This document shows, in pieces, positions 43,489 to 53,131 of a stretch of 64,000 bases of DNA; the first letter of the stretch is position 1; each line of letters begins with the position of its first letter. The notes beneath the pieces were generated by a model. That model saw only the letters and a list, made by a program, of their open reading frames with translations, was not told the DNA's origin and searched no databases. The position numbers were made by a program, and so were the translations under genes. The DNA lies in NCBI GenBank assembly GCA_004297205.1, contig SCUL01000002.1:77156-141155 (forward strand), written 5' to 3'. This stretch comes from Patescibacteria group bacterium. Its GTDB lineage: Bacteria; Patescibacteriota; Patescibacteriia; 2-12-FULL-57-11.

Positions 43489-44898
43489 TCAGGTCCGCAC
43501 CAATTCGCGCGCCACGCGGTCGACGTTGCCCGCGCCCATCACGATGACCACGTCGCCCGGACGCAGGTGGCTGCGCAAGGTCTGCGCGCTGGCATCCACA
43601 TCGCCGCCGTAGAGCGCCTGGGCGCCTTCACGGTTGGCGGCGGCGGCAAGATCGGCGCTCGAGACCGTCTCCCCTTCTTCGCGGCCGGACACGGCGTAGA
43701 CGTCGGAAATCACGGCCACGTCGGGATGACGCAGGGCGGCGGCGAACTGGTCGAAGAGGCGCGCCGTGCGGGTGTGTTGGTGCGGCTGGAACAAAAGGAC
43801 GATGCGCCGCCCCGGATAAAACTCGCGAGCCGCCGCGATCGTGCCGGTGATGGCCGTGGGATGGTGGCCGTAGTCGGAAATGACGACCGGCCGGTCCGGC
43901 TCGCGCGCCGGCAGCACCCGCTGCGGAACCTTGCCGACGTACTCGAAGCGCCGCCAGATGCCGGGAAAACGGCCCAACGTGTCGGCGATGACGTCGAAGC
44001 GCACGCCGAGCGACAGACCCACGGCCGTGGCGCAGAGCGCGTTCATGACGTTGAAGCAGCCGGGGATGCGCAGAGTGATCTCGCCGAGCACTTTGCCGTG
44101 CCCCTCGGTATGGCGGACCTTGAACCGCTGCCGTCCCGCCTGGACCACGATGTCCTCGGCCACGAGCGAGGCGCTGCCGTTGAAGCCGTAGGTCACGGGC
44201 GGCACGGTCAGCTGCAGGTCGTCGCGCGAAATCGGATCGTCGGCATTCAGGATGACGATGCCCGATTCCGGCACATGCTCGATGAACTGTTGGAAGGCCT
44301 TGGTGATTTCGTCGATGCCGCTGTAAAAGTCGAAGTGATCGGCCTCGATGTTGGTGATCGCGGCCAGGTAGGGCGCGTACTGCAAAAACTTGGCCCGGTA
44401 TTCGTCGGCTTCGAGCACCAGCCATTCGGACGCGCCGACGCGCACGTTGCCCATGGGCAGCGACGGCACTTTGCTGCCGACGATGATGGTCGGATCCACG
44501 CCCGCGGCTTCCAGGATCAGGCCGACCATGGCCGTGGTCGTGCTTTTGCCGTTCGTCCCGGCAATGGCCACGGTTTTCATGCCGGCGGACAGGATGCCCA
44601 GAAATTCGCCGCCGGAGCGCTCCGGCACGTCGCGGCTCTTTGCCGCTTCACGGTCCGGATTCTCCGTGGGCACGGCTTCCGAGTAGATCAAAAGATCGGC
44701 CATGCGCGGCACGCCGGACTGGGCGTACGGCACGGCCACCGGAATGCCCAAGGCGATGAGCTCGTGGGTGATCTCGGAGTGCGCCGAATCGGAACCGGTC
44801 ACGGTCACGCCTTTCACTTTGAGGTACTTGGCGATGGCCGACATGCCGATGCCGCCGATGCCGACGCAATGCACCCGTTTGAGGGAACCAAGCTCCAT
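43489..44898 (-). CDS. murC: UDP-N-acetylmuramate--L-alanine ligase
   Basis: VHCVGIGGIGMSAIAKYL..., P-loop AIAGTNGKSTTT, and Mur ligase central and C-terminal domains. Confidence 0.9.
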   Translation of the reverse strand: MELGSLKRVHCVGIGGIGMSAIAKYLKVKGVTVTGSDSAHSEITHELIALGIPVAVPYAQSGVPRMADLLIYSEAVPTENPDREAAKSRDVPERSGGEFLGILSAGMKTVAIAGTNGKSTTTAMVGLILEAAGVDPTIIVGSKVPSLPMGNVRVGASEWLVLEADEYRAKFLQYAPYLAAITNIEADHFDFYSGIDEITKAFQQFIEHVPESGIVILNADDPISRDDLQLTVPPVTYGFNGSASLVAEDIVVQAGRQRFKVRHTEGHGKVLGEITLRIPGCFNVMNALCATAVGLSLGVRFDVIADTLGRFPGIWRRFEYVGKVPQRVLPAREPDRPVVISDYGHHPTAITGTIAAAREFYPGRRIVLLFQPHQHTRTARLFDQFAAALRHPDVAVISDVYAVSGREEGETVSSADLAAAANREGAQALYGGDVDASAQTLRSHLRPGDVVIVMGAGNVDRVARELVRT

Positions 44899-44973
44899 AT
44901 CGTGAGTATTCTACCGGGAATCGGAGGCAAAAAAAAGACGGCAGCCGAAGCCGCCGGGGCGCAGAGCGCCCGC

Positions 44974-45717
44974 CTACCGGGTCCAGTCGAACCCGATCTC
45001 CTCGTAGATGTTCTTGACCGCGCCCACCGGATCCTTGGCCTGCGTGATCTGCCGGCCCATGATGATGTTCGTGGCGCCGCTGGCGACGGCGTGTGCGGGC
45101 GTCCCGATGCGGTACTGATCGTGCGGGTCGGCGCCCGGGGAACGCACCCCCGGCGTTGCCGTATTCGGCTTCTGCGTCCACGAGACGATCTTCACCAAGT
45201 CGAGGTCCTGCGGCGAACAGATCAGGCACGGTCGCCGGGGATCCTTGAGCCCCTTGAAGGCCTTTTCCGTCAGCAGGAAGAAGCGGTGCTGCTGCTCGTT
45301 CGGGCGGCGGTCGAAGACGAGGCTGCAGTCGTCCTCCTCCATCGTCGTCAACACGCCGACCACGTAGATGTCGACCTCCTCCGGCGCCCCGTCGCAGGCG
45401 GCGCGGATGCCGGCGATGCCCGAAGCGGCCATCACCGTCATCATGTCCGCCCCAGCCTCGGCCAGGTACGCGGCCGTCTCCTTCATCACGTCCGGCGTGT
45501 TGTGGATCTTCGTGTCCGCGAAGATCCGGCCCCCGCCGGTCTCGGTCTTCATCCACCCGAGCATCTCGGGGCCGCATCCCTTGCGGAACAGCACCGAGCC
45601 CAGCTTCCAACCGCCGAGCTTCAGGTCGCGCAGGGCGTGGGCGAGACGCAAGATGTCGCTGCGCCCCATCTGGTCCGCCGCGATGATCAGCGGACTCCTT
45701 CGAATCGCAATGGTCAC
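44974..45717 (-). CDS. pyrF: orotidine 5'-phosphate decarboxylase
   Basis: ...LIIAADQ...FADTKIHNTPDVM... (the K.HDIPNT equivalent) ...ATNIIMGRQI... Start is GTG 45717, preceded by GGAGG. Confidence 0.8.
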   Translation of the reverse strand: MTIAIRRSPLIIAADQMGRSDILRLAHALRDLKLGGWKLGSVLFRKGCGPEMLGWMKTETGGGRIFADTKIHNTPDVMKETAAYLAEAGADMMTVMAASGIAGIRAACDGAPEEVDIYVVGVLTTMEEDDCSLVFDRRPNEQQHRFFLLTEKAFKGLKDPRRPCLICSPQDLDLVKIVSWTQKPNTATPGVRSPGADPHDQYRIGTPAHAVASGATNIIMGRQITQAKDPVGAVKNIYEEIGFDWTR

Positions 45718-45815
45718 GAGTACCTCCTCGCCGCCGAACCTACGCCCGTTGACGCGCCGGGTCAAGCGCCCCCTTCATCAATCACCGCGCCTGCGCTACA
45801 CTGCGCCGCGACCCT

Positions 45816-47114
45816 ATGTCCTTCCTTTCCGACGCGGATCCAGAAATCGCCCAAGACATCGAACAGGAAATCCAGCGCCAGCGGGACGGATTGGAGTTGA
45901 TCGCGTCCGAGAACATCGTGTCCCGGGCGGTCATCGAGGCGCTCGGCACCCCCCTGACCAACAAATACAGCGAAGGGTACTTTTCCAAACGCTACTACGG
46001 TGGCAACGAATTCATCGACCGGATCGAGGTGGCGGCCATCGAACGCGCCAAGAAGCTGTTCGGCGCCGAACACGCCAACGTCCAGCCGCATGCCGGCTCC
46101 CAGGCCAATCTGGCGGCCTACTTCGCGCTGGTCAAACCCGGCGACACCGTGCTGGCCATGAACCTGGCCCACGGCGGCCACCTCACGCACGGCTCGCCGG
46201 TCAACTTTTCCGGCCAGCTCTACCGCGTCGTTCCCTACGGCGTTTCCAAGGAGACGGAACGCATCGACATGGACGAGGTACGCGAGATCGCCATCCGTGA
46301 GAAGCCGAAAATGATCATCGCCGGTTTTTCCGCCTACCCGCGCCACCTCGACTTCGCCCGCTTCCGCGCCATCGCCGAGGAAGTCGGCGCCTATCTCCTC
46401 GTCGACATGGCCCACTTCGCGGGGCTGGTCGCCGCCAAGCTCCATCCCGACCCCATCCCCTACGCCGACGTGGTCACGACCACGACGCACAAGACACTCC
46501 GCGGTCCGCGCGGCGCCATGATCCTGTGCAAGACCGAAGATCGGCTGGCCGGCAACCGCACCGACAACAAGACCAAAGTGAAGACCTTGGCCCAGCGCAT
46601 CGACTCGGCCGTTTTCCCCGGCACCCAGGGCGGCCCGTTGGATCATGCGGTGGCCGCCAAAGCCGTGGCTTTCAAAGAAGCGATGCGCCCGGAGTTCGTG
46701 ACCTACCAGAAGCAGGTGCTGAAGAATGCGACCGTCCTGGCCGAAGCGCTCGCGGAACAGGGGCTGCGTATCATCTCCGGTGGGACGGACAACCACCTGG
46801 TCCTCGCCGACCTGACCCCGCTCGGCATCACCGGCAACGCCGCCGAGAAAGCGCTCGATGCGGTCTGCCTCTACGGCAACAAAAACATGATCCCGTTCGA
46901 CCCCCGCACGCCGTTCGATCCGTCCGGGCTGCGCCTGGGCACGCCCGCGCTCACCACCCGCGGCTGCGACGAGAAGGACGTGGCGGTCATCGCCGCGCTG
47001 ATCGGCCAGGTGCTGCGCGCGCCGGAAGACGCGAGTGTCCGCGAGCGCGTCCGCGCCAAGGTCAAAGAGATCGCCGACGCGCACCCGCTCTATCCCGGCT
47101 ACAGCGTCCTGTGA
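45816..47114 (+). CDS. glyA: serine hydroxymethyltransferase
   Basis: ...[28 protein letters not shown]...[17 protein letters not shown] matches the canonical SHMT PLP site. Confidence 0.95.
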   Translation: MSFLSDADPEIAQDIEQEIQRQRDGLELIASENIVSRAVIEALGTPLTNKYSEGYFSKRYYGGNEFIDRIEVAAIERAKKLFGAEHANVQPHAGSQANLAAYFALVKPGDTVLAMNLAHGGHLTHGSPVNFSGQLYRVVPYGVSKETERIDMDEVREIAIREKPKMIIAGFSAYPRHLDFARFRAIAEEVGAYLLVDMAHFAGLVAAKLHPDPIPYADVVTTTTHKTLRGPRGAMILCKTEDRLAGNRTDNKTKVKTLAQRIDSAVFPGTQGGPLDHAVAAKAVAFKEAMRPEFVTYQKQVLKNATVLAEALAEQGLRIISGGTDNHLVLADLTPLGITGNAAEKALDAVCLYGNKNMIPFDPRTPFDPSGLRLGTPALTTRGCDEKDVAVIAALIGQVLRAPEDASVRERVRAKVKEIADAHPLYPGYSVL

Positions 47115-47968
47115 CGATTTTGGACGGTAAAAAAATCGCCGCGGACATCCGCGCTCGGGTCAAAGCGGAGGTTGCGGCACTCGGCCGCCTGCCTGCCGGC
47201 AGGCATGGCACGCCGGGCCTGGGCGTCGTCCTGGTGGGCACCGATCCGGCCAGCCACACCTATGTCCGCCTCAAGGAGAAGGCCTGCGCCGAAGTCGGCA
47301 TCCGCTTCGAACGCACGCTGATTCCGGCCGCCGCCGCGCAGGACGACGTGTTGGCCGCGGTCCGCGCCTACAACGACCGCGCCGACATCGACGCCGTGCT
47401 CGTCCAGCTCCCCTTGCCCGACGGCATGGACGAAAACGCCGTCATCGCCGCCATGGACCCGGCCAAGGACGTCGACGGGTTCCATCCGGACAACCTGAAA
47501 CGCTTTTTGGCCGGCGAACCGATCGTCACGCCGGTCATCGTCAACGGCCTGTTGCAGCTCATTGCCGCCACCGGCATTCCCCTGCCCGGCGCGCGGGCGG
47601 CCGTCTTCGCCAATTCCACGATCTTCGCCGAACCGCTGCGCGTGGCGCTCGAGGCCCGCGGCATGCATGTCACGACGTCACTCGGAAAAAACCTGGCCGA
47701 CACCGCGCCGACCGTGGCCGGAGCCGACGTGGTCATCGTGGCCGTGGGGAAACCGGCCTACGTCCGCGCCAAGGATTGCAAAGACGGCGCCGTGCTCATC
47801 GACGTGGGAACGAACTGGCTGCCGGACGGCAGCTACGTCGGCGACGTGGATGCGGAAGGGGCCGAAGCCAAACCGGGCTGGCTGACGCCGGTGCCCGGCG
47901 GCGTCGGACCCGTGACCGTGGCCGCGCTCACGGAGAACGTCGTCGCGCTCAACCGCGCCCGGCACTGA
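47111..47968 (+). CDS. folD: bifunctional methylenetetrahydrofolate dehydrogenase / methenyl-THF cyclohydrolase
   Basis: GTG start overlaps the glyA TGA (GTGA). ...ILDGKKIA...[23 protein letters not shown]...[14 protein letters not shown] is the FolD signature. The track ORF 46526.. is a spurious 5' extension. Confidence 0.9.
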   Translation: MTILDGKKIAADIRARVKAEVAALGRLPAGRHGTPGLGVVLVGTDPASHTYVRLKEKACAEVGIRFERTLIPAAAAQDDVLAAVRAYNDRADIDAVLVQLPLPDGMDENAVIAAMDPAKDVDGFHPDNLKRFLAGEPIVTPVIVNGLLQLIAATGIPLPGARAAVFANSTIFAEPLRVALEARGMHVTTSLGKNLADTAPTVAGADVVIVAVGKPAYVRAKDCKDGAVLIDVGTNWLPDGSYVGDVDAEGAEAKPGWLTPVPGGVGPVTVAALTENVVALNRARH

Positions 47969-49112
47969 GGGCGATGTTCGTGACTTCGACCAGAACGGCC
48001 GCGCCAAAGGCCAGCATCACCAGGAAGGCCGCAAAGGGCGGCACGCGCATGATGCCTGCCGCGCGGACGCCCAGCTGCGTGCGGGCCGCGAGATAGGATG
48101 CCGCGATGAGCACGCCGCCGAGGCCGCCGACGACCCCGCCCGTGAAGCCGATGACCTGGATGAAACTCCGGGCGCCGAGCAGGAACATCAGGAGCGGCGG
48201 CAGCAGCGTCAAGGCCCAGGCCCACGGCTTGGGCAGTTTGTAATCCAGAAGAAAGACGTCGCGCAGATAGATCGACAACGGCAGGAACGAGGTCAGGATG
48301 CCGAGCAGCCCGAACACGGCGCCGATCGAGGCGATGCCCGGTCCGACGATGACGGCCAGGCCGGTCAGGCCCTCCTCCGTGGTCCGCAGACCGCCCGCGC
48401 CGGCGACGACCAGGCCGAACGCGGCCGTCAGTCCGACGGCGATGGATGTGCCGCGGACGACGGCCCAGGTCGCGGCGCGGTGGTCGGGTTTGAGGAGCTC
48501 GAACACCGTCGGCACGGCCGCGGCGCCGCCGAGCGCATACAGGACGACGCCGAACACCGCGAACATCCCGCGCGGCGCGAGCCACGTGAAGTTCTCCGGC
48601 CGTTCCGCGGGCAGGATGATGCCGAGCAGCACCAGGATGGCCAGGATCAGGAGGACGGTGAAAAACGTTTCGGCACGCGCCATGAACACCCGGCCGCGCA
48701 GGACGAGGGCCGTGAAAAACGCGAAAAAGAGAAGCGACACCCAGAACGGGTCAATGCTCGTGGTAAACGGGGCGAGCAGGGTGGCGCCGAAGCGTCCGGA
48801 GGCGATGGTGTAGGCCAGCAGCGTGCCATAGGCCGCCAGCGTGGTTGTGACGAAGGCCAGCCGCCGCGCCCAGGGGCCGAGATACGTGCCGGCCATTTTG
48901 ACGTCCCGCATCCGTTCCGTGGAGGCCGCCATGGTCTGCAGGAACATGACGTGCAGCGTCATCATGATGACGCCGGCGAATATCGTCACCGCCACCCCCC
49001 ACCACACGCCGCCGTGCACGTAGACGTACGGCACGCCAAAAAGGCCCACGCCGACGATGTAGCCGACCATGGTGCCGATGCCGATGAGCGCCGGGGAAAT
49101 CCTCCTGTGCAT
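47949..49112 (-). CDS. amino acid permease-like transporter (Trp/Tyr permease HAAAP-like; 11 TM)
   Basis: MHRRISPALIGIGTMVGYIVGVGLFGVPY... N-terminal G-rich motif and 11 predicted TM helices. True start ATG 49112. The remainder of track ORF 47949..50477 is antisense to dnaB. Confidence 0.5.
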   Translation of the reverse strand: MHRRISPALIGIGTMVGYIVGVGLFGVPYVYVHGGVWWGVAVTIFAGVIMMTLHVMFLQTMAASTERMRDVKMAGTYLGPWARRLAFVTTTLAAYGTLLAYTIASGRFGATLLAPFTTSIDPFWVSLLFFAFFTALVLRGRVFMARAETFFTVLLILAILVLLGIILPAERPENFTWLAPRGMFAVFGVVLYALGGAAAVPTVFELLKPDHRAATWAVVRGTSIAVGLTAAFGLVVAGAGGLRTTEEGLTGLAVIVGPGIASIGAVFGLLGILTSFLPLSIYLRDVFLLDYKLPKPWAWALTLLPPLLMFLLGARSFIQVIGFTGGVVGGLGGVLIAASYLAARTQLGVRAAGIMRVPPFAAFLVMLAFGAAVLVEVTNIALSAGRG

Positions 49113-49121
49113 GACGTGTGC

Positions 49122-49130
49122 ATTGTAGCA
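49122..49130 (-). promoter_or_regulatory. extended -10-like box TGCTACAAT placed 9 nt upstream of the permease ATG (possible leaderless or short-leader mRNA)
   Basis: The reverse complement of 49122-49130 is TGCTACAAT. No SD lies between it and the ATG. Confidence 0.3.
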
Positions 49131-49190
49131 AAAAACAGCCATCACGGGGCCCTCGACACGGCCAGTGCGGTTCCCTAAGATTGCCCTACT

Positions 49191-50654
49191 ATGGCTGGCT
49201 CGAAGGAATACATCCCGCCGCACAATATAGAGGCGGAGCAATCCCTCCTGGGTTCGCTTTTGATCGACCGCGACGCCATCATCAAAGTGGGCGATTTGGT
49301 GCAACCCGAGGACTTCTACACGGACGGCAACCGCCGGGTCTTCGAGGCCATGATGGAGCTGTTCCGCAAGCGCCAGCCGATCGACCTGCTGTCCTTGGCC
49401 AACCGGCTGGAGGAGCGCCAGGAGCTCGAAGGCGTGGGCGGACGCGCCGCGCTGGCGGAGCTGGCCAATGCCGTGCCCACGGCCTCGAACGTCGTCCATT
49501 ACGCCAACATCGTCCAAAAGAAAGCCACGCTGCGCCGCCTGATCCGCGCCTCGCAGGACATCACCGGACTCGGCTTCGACGAATCGGAAGAGGTCGAAGT
49601 GCTGCTCGACAAGGCCGAACAGAAACTCTTCAACGTCTCCCAGAAATACCTCAAGCAGTCGTTCGTGCCGATTACCGACGTGCTCGAAGCGGCCTTCGAG
49701 CGCATCGACGAGCTGCACCGCGATAAGGGGAAACTGCGCGGCGTGCCCAGCGGCTTCAAGGACATGGACAACCTGCTGGCCGGCTTGCAGCGTTCCGACC
49801 TGATCATTCTCGCCGCCCGTCCGTCCGTCGGAAAAACCTCGCTGGCGCTGGACATCGCCCGGCACGTGGCGGTGCGCGGCCGGACCGCGGTCGGCATCTT
49901 CTCGCTCGAAATGAGCAAGGAGCAGCTCGTCGACCGCCTGCTGTGCGCCGAAGCCGGCGTCGACCTGTGGCGCATGCGCACCGGCAAGCTGTCCGACAAC
50001 GACCAGCATTCCGACTTCTCCCGCATCGGCAGCGCCATGGGCGTGCTGTCCGAGGCGCCCATCTACATCGACGACCAACCCAACGCCAACATCATGGAGA
50101 TCCGCACCAAGGCGCGGCGCCTCCAGATGGAGCACGGGTTGGGCATGATCGTGCTCGACTACCTGCAGCTCATGGAATCGCACGGCGGCAGCAAGGGCGA
50201 CAACCGCGTCCAGGAAATCGCCGAGATCTCCCGCGGTCTCAAGGGCATCGCCCGCGAGCTCAATATCCCGGTCATTGCACTCTCCCAGCTGGCCCGCGCC
50301 GCCGAACTCTCCAAGCCGGCCATCCCCCGCCTGGCCCACCTGCGCGAGTCCGGATCCATCGAACAGGACGCCGACGTGGTACTCTTCATCTACCGCAAAG
50401 CCGCCGACCCCAACTACCGCCGCGACGAGCTGGCCCCGGAAGAACGGCACATCGCCGAAGTCCACGTCGCCAAACACCGCAACGGCCCGACCGGCATGGT
50501 CAAACTGTACTTCGACGAGGAACGCGCCTCGTTCAAGAGCCTGGACACGCGCACCACGGCGCTCCCGCCGCTGCCGCCGGCCGCGACCGGCCTCATGAAC
50601 GCGCCCCGGCCGATCGCCCCGCCGCCGGCCAAACCGCCCACAACCCCCTTCTAA
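49191..50654 (+). CDS. dnaB: replicative DNA helicase DnaB
   Basis: ...PPHNIEAEQSLLGSLLID..., Walker A ARPSVGKTSLAL, and the RecA-like C-terminal domain. C-terminal Pro-rich tail. Confidence 0.95.
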   Translation: MAGSKEYIPPHNIEAEQSLLGSLLIDRDAIIKVGDLVQPEDFYTDGNRRVFEAMMELFRKRQPIDLLSLANRLEERQELEGVGGRAALAELANAVPTASNVVHYANIVQKKATLRRLIRASQDITGLGFDESEEVEVLLDKAEQKLFNVSQKYLKQSFVPITDVLEAAFERIDELHRDKGKLRGVPSGFKDMDNLLAGLQRSDLIILAARPSVGKTSLALDIARHVAVRGRTAVGIFSLEMSKEQLVDRLLCAEAGVDLWRMRTGKLSDNDQHSDFSRIGSAMGVLSEAPIYIDDQPNANIMEIRTKARRLQMEHGLGMIVLDYLQLMESHGGSKGDNRVQEIAEISRGLKGIARELNIPVIALSQLARAAELSKPAIPRLAHLRESGSIEQDADVVLFIYRKAADPNYRRDELAPEERHIAEVHVAKHRNGPTGMVKLYFDEERASFKSLDTRTTALPPLPPAATGLMNAPRPIAPPPAKPPTTPF

Positions 50655-50662
50655 CCCTCGCT

Positions 50663-50944
50663 ATGTTTTCCAAACTCAAACAGTTCAAGCAGGCCAAGGA
50701 GCTCCACAGCAAGCTGTCCGGCGAACGCGCCGAAGGCAGCGGTAGCTGGGGCAAAGTGAAGATCGTCGTCAACGGCGCCATGGAGTTCGTGTCCGTGACC
50801 GTCGACCCGGAACTGATGAAGCCGGAAGAGAAGGACAAGCTCGAAGCGGCCATCAAGGAAGCCGGCACCAACGCCGTGCGCAACGCCCTCCAGATCATGG
50901 CCAAGAAGGCCCAGGAGATGGGCGCCGTCGCGCCGCAGCCGTAA
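50663..50944 (+). CDS. ybaB: nucleoid-associated protein YbaB/EbfC
   Basis: MFSKLKQFKQAKELHSKL...VKIVVNGAMEFVSVTVDPELM... Precedes recR as usual. Confidence 0.85.
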   Translation: MFSKLKQFKQAKELHSKLSGERAEGSGSWGKVKIVVNGAMEFVSVTVDPELMKPEEKDKLEAAIKEAGTNAVRNALQIMAKKAQEMGAVAPQP

Positions 50945-50946
50945 GA

Positions 50947-51549
50947 ATGCGTCCGTCGTTTCCTCCCGCGATTGAGAACCTCCTGCAGTCGCTGCGGCGG
51001 CTGCCCGGCGTCGGGCAGAAAACCGCCCTGCGCTACGCCTTTGCGTTGCTGCGCGCGCCGGCCGTGGACCGCGCCGCCTTTGCTCAGGCGCTGACCGATC
51101 TGAACCGCGGGCGGTTGGTCTGCTCCACCTGCTTCCACGTGGCCGGCAACGATCCCTGCATGTATTGTGCGGATCCGGAGCGCAGCAACCGCACCATCTG
51201 CGTGGTGGCCGAGCCGCAGGACTTGCTGGCCATCGAAGCCACCGGCGCCTACAAAGGCCGCTACCACGTGCTCGGCGGCGTCATCCGCCCGCTCGACGGC
51301 CTGCGACCGGAAGACCTGACCGTCACCCAGCTTGAGGAGCGCATCAAGAAGGGGAAGCCGGAAGAAGTGATTCTGGCGCTCGACCCGGACATGGACGGTG
51401 AAACCACGCTTCTCTATCTGCGCAAACGCCTGGCCGCACTCCCCGTCCGCCTCACCCGCTTGGCCCGCGGACTCCCAGTGGGCGGCGACCTGGAGTACGC
51501 CGATGAGACGACGCTCTCCGACGCACTCACCGGACGACGGGAGGCATAA
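50947..51549 (+). CDS. recR: recombination protein RecR
   Basis: ...LPGVGQKTALRYAF (HhH), C4 zinc finger CSTCFHVAGNDPCMYC, and Toprim domain. Confidence 0.95.
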   Translation: MRPSFPPAIENLLQSLRRLPGVGQKTALRYAFALLRAPAVDRAAFAQALTDLNRGRLVCSTCFHVAGNDPCMYCADPERSNRTICVVAEPQDLLAIEATGAYKGRYHVLGGVIRPLDGLRPEDLTVTQLEERIKKGKPEEVILALDPDMDGETTLLYLRKRLAALPVRLTRLARGLPVGGDLEYADETTLSDALTGRREA

Positions 51550-51550
51550 C

Positions 51551-51585
51551 AAAACCGGCCCTTCGCGGGGCCGGTTTTTGATTTC
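51551..51585. terminator. bidirectional rho-independent terminator between recR and the convergent hypothetical gene
   Basis: AAAACCGGCCC-ttcgc-GGGGCCGGTTTT with an A-run and a T-run on either side. Confidence 0.8.
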
Positions 51586-51931
51586 AGTGCAGCATCTCGG
51601 GGTACTCGGTCTCGGCGCGCTCACGCAGCATGTCCGCGAACGTGCGGTAGTCGTCGGCCTTCCAACCTTGCGTGAACATGATGCCGTGATACTGGCCGCT
51701 CTCCGGTTGGACGAGATGCTTGTTGAGGGCGGCGGCAACCTCGTCGAACTTGCGCGCCACGGAGACCATCAGGTTTTTGGCGGTCAGGCGGTCCGTGGCG
51801 TTTGCCTCCGCCCGCGCGTCGTTGACGTACAACTCCATCTTGGCGCGGAAGTCCTCGGGGGTCGGCCGGCCTGATTCCCACCGATCCTGCGTTTCCGCAT
51901 CTTGAGGGACGTGTTCCTGCATTTCCGGCAT
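51584..51931 (-). CDS. hypothetical protein (115 aa)
   Basis: No family recognised. Acidic. Confidence 0.45.
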   Translation of the reverse strand: MPEMQEHVPQDAETQDRWESGRPTPEDFRAKMELYVNDARAEANATDRLTAKNLMVSVARKFDEVAAALNKHLVQPESGQYHGIMFTQGWKADDYRTFADMLRERAETEYPEMLH

Positions 51932-51961
51932 AGCGGAGGATCATGAACAAACGCGGATACT

Positions 51962-51996
51962 CTAGCAAAACGCCGCCCTTTTGAGGAGCGGCGTTC
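51962..51996 (-). terminator. candidate terminator downstream of rplU
   Basis: On the minus strand: AACGCCGCTCCTCAAAAGGGCGGCGTT hairpin then TTGCT. Moderate U-tract. Confidence 0.4.
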
Positions 51997-51999
51997 GTA

Positions 52000-52314
52000 T
52001 CAGGCGATCTTTTCAATCTTGACCATGGTTTCCGGCTGGCGGTGGCCGACGCGCCGCTTGTAGCGGGTCTTCGGCTTGTACTTCACGACGGAGACTTTGT
52101 CGCCGACGCCGTGGGAGACGACGCGCGCCGTGACCTTGGCGCCGGTCAGGACCGGCTGGCCGATCTGGACGGCTTTGCCCTCGCCGTCGGCGACGAGCAG
52201 CACGTCCATATCAAGCACGTCACCCTCTTTGACGGGGACTTTTTCGATGCGGAGGGTCTGGCCCTCGGCCACTTTGTACTGTTTGCCGCCGGTGCGGACG
52301 ATGGCGAACGTCAT
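52000..52314 (-). CDS. rplU: 50S ribosomal protein L21
   Basis: MTFAIVRTGGKQYKVAEGQTLRIEK... is canonical L21. No rpmA (L27) gene follows it here. Confidence 0.9.
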   Translation of the reverse strand: MTFAIVRTGGKQYKVAEGQTLRIEKVPVKEGDVLDMDVLLVADGEGKAVQIGQPVLTGAKVTARVVSHGVGDKVSVVKYKPKTRYKRRVGHRQPETMVKIEKIA

Positions 52315-52399
52315 AGGTTTCGGTTCAGGATCGGTGCAATGATACAAGACCGCCGTGCGGCGGTCAAGGGGGCAAACTGGGGCCAAGCTGGGGGCTGTT

Positions 52400-52630
52400 T
52401 CAGACTAAACCCGTGTGCTTTTCGAGCCGGTCAACGCGGACCTCGATGCGGTCCGATCGGATATGCTGGGACAGCCGTTCTTGGTCCAGACGCTGGAGCA
52501 TGCCGGTATGGAGATCGAGCGTCGTCGTGACAAAATCTCGAAACTCATTGAACTCCTGCCGGAGCGGACGGAGATCCGAAACGATCTCCTTGATCTCGAC
52601 CAGTTCCCTGATGATTCTTTCCTCATTCAT
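52400..52630 (-). CDS. small coiled-coil protein, paralog B (ends RVDRLEKHTGLV)
   Basis: 76 aa, MNEERIIRELVEIKEIV... The 3' 60 nt are about 80% identical to the paralog at 41255. Confidence 0.5.
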   Translation of the reverse strand: MNEERIIRELVEIKEIVSDLRPLRQEFNEFRDFVTTTLDLHTGMLQRLDQERLSQHIRSDRIEVRVDRLEKHTGLV

Positions 52631-52680
52631 ACACACCAACAATACGTCTCTCCGCCGCCCGTCACAACAATCGTTCCCTG

Positions 52681-53130
52681 TCAAGACCGCATGATCTCCA
52701 CTGGATCGCCGATCTTGAGGCCGTGCTCCGCCGCGAATCCGGCCGGCAGTTCGATGACCGTGTCCGACTCCAAGCGCGGCAGGTAGGTCGGGAGGGGTTC
52801 CTCCGGCATGGCCGGCGGCGGCACGTTCGGCGCGATGTCCACGATCTTCCCGTCGCGCGCCCAGACGATGTCGATGGCGAAACGCATGTCCTTCATCCAG
52901 ATGGCGTGCTTTGCCGGCGACCGGAAGAGGAACGCCATGCCCGTGCCGTCCGGCAGGCTCTCGCGGTTGGAGAGGCCGCGGCGCTGCGTGGGAATGCTGG
53001 CGGCGATCTCGACCTGGACCACGGTCTCGCCGAAACGCGCCTCCCCCTTCCCATACCACTCCTGCGAAACGCGCAACCCGACGAAGGAGAGTGCAAAGGC
53101 CGCGGCCACGATGATCAGGACGTAACGCAT
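52681..53130 (-). CDS. DUF192 domain protein (COG1430), secreted
   Basis: Signal peptide plus ...GMAFLFRSPAKHAIWMKDMRFAIDIVWAR... typical of DUF192. Confidence 0.7.
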   Translation of the reverse strand: MRYVLIIVAAAFALSFVGLRVSQEWYGKGEARFGETVVQVEIAASIPTQRRGLSNRESLPDGTGMAFLFRSPAKHAIWMKDMRFAIDIVWARDGKIVDIAPNVPPPAMPEEPLPTYLPRLESDTVIELPAGFAAEHGLKIGDPVEIMRS

Positions 53131-53131
53131 G

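Noticed and set aside
42961-45900. 979-aa + strand ORF spanning murC and pyrF
   Set aside because: It is antisense to murC and pyrF, both with canonical motifs. It is Arg/His/Gly-rich.
51943-51984. 13-codon + strand mini-ORF with GGAGGatcATG
   Set aside because: The SD-to-ATG spacing is only 2-3 nt. The same bases are the start region of the minus-strand gene 51584..51931 and its flanking terminator, so this is a coincidental motif.
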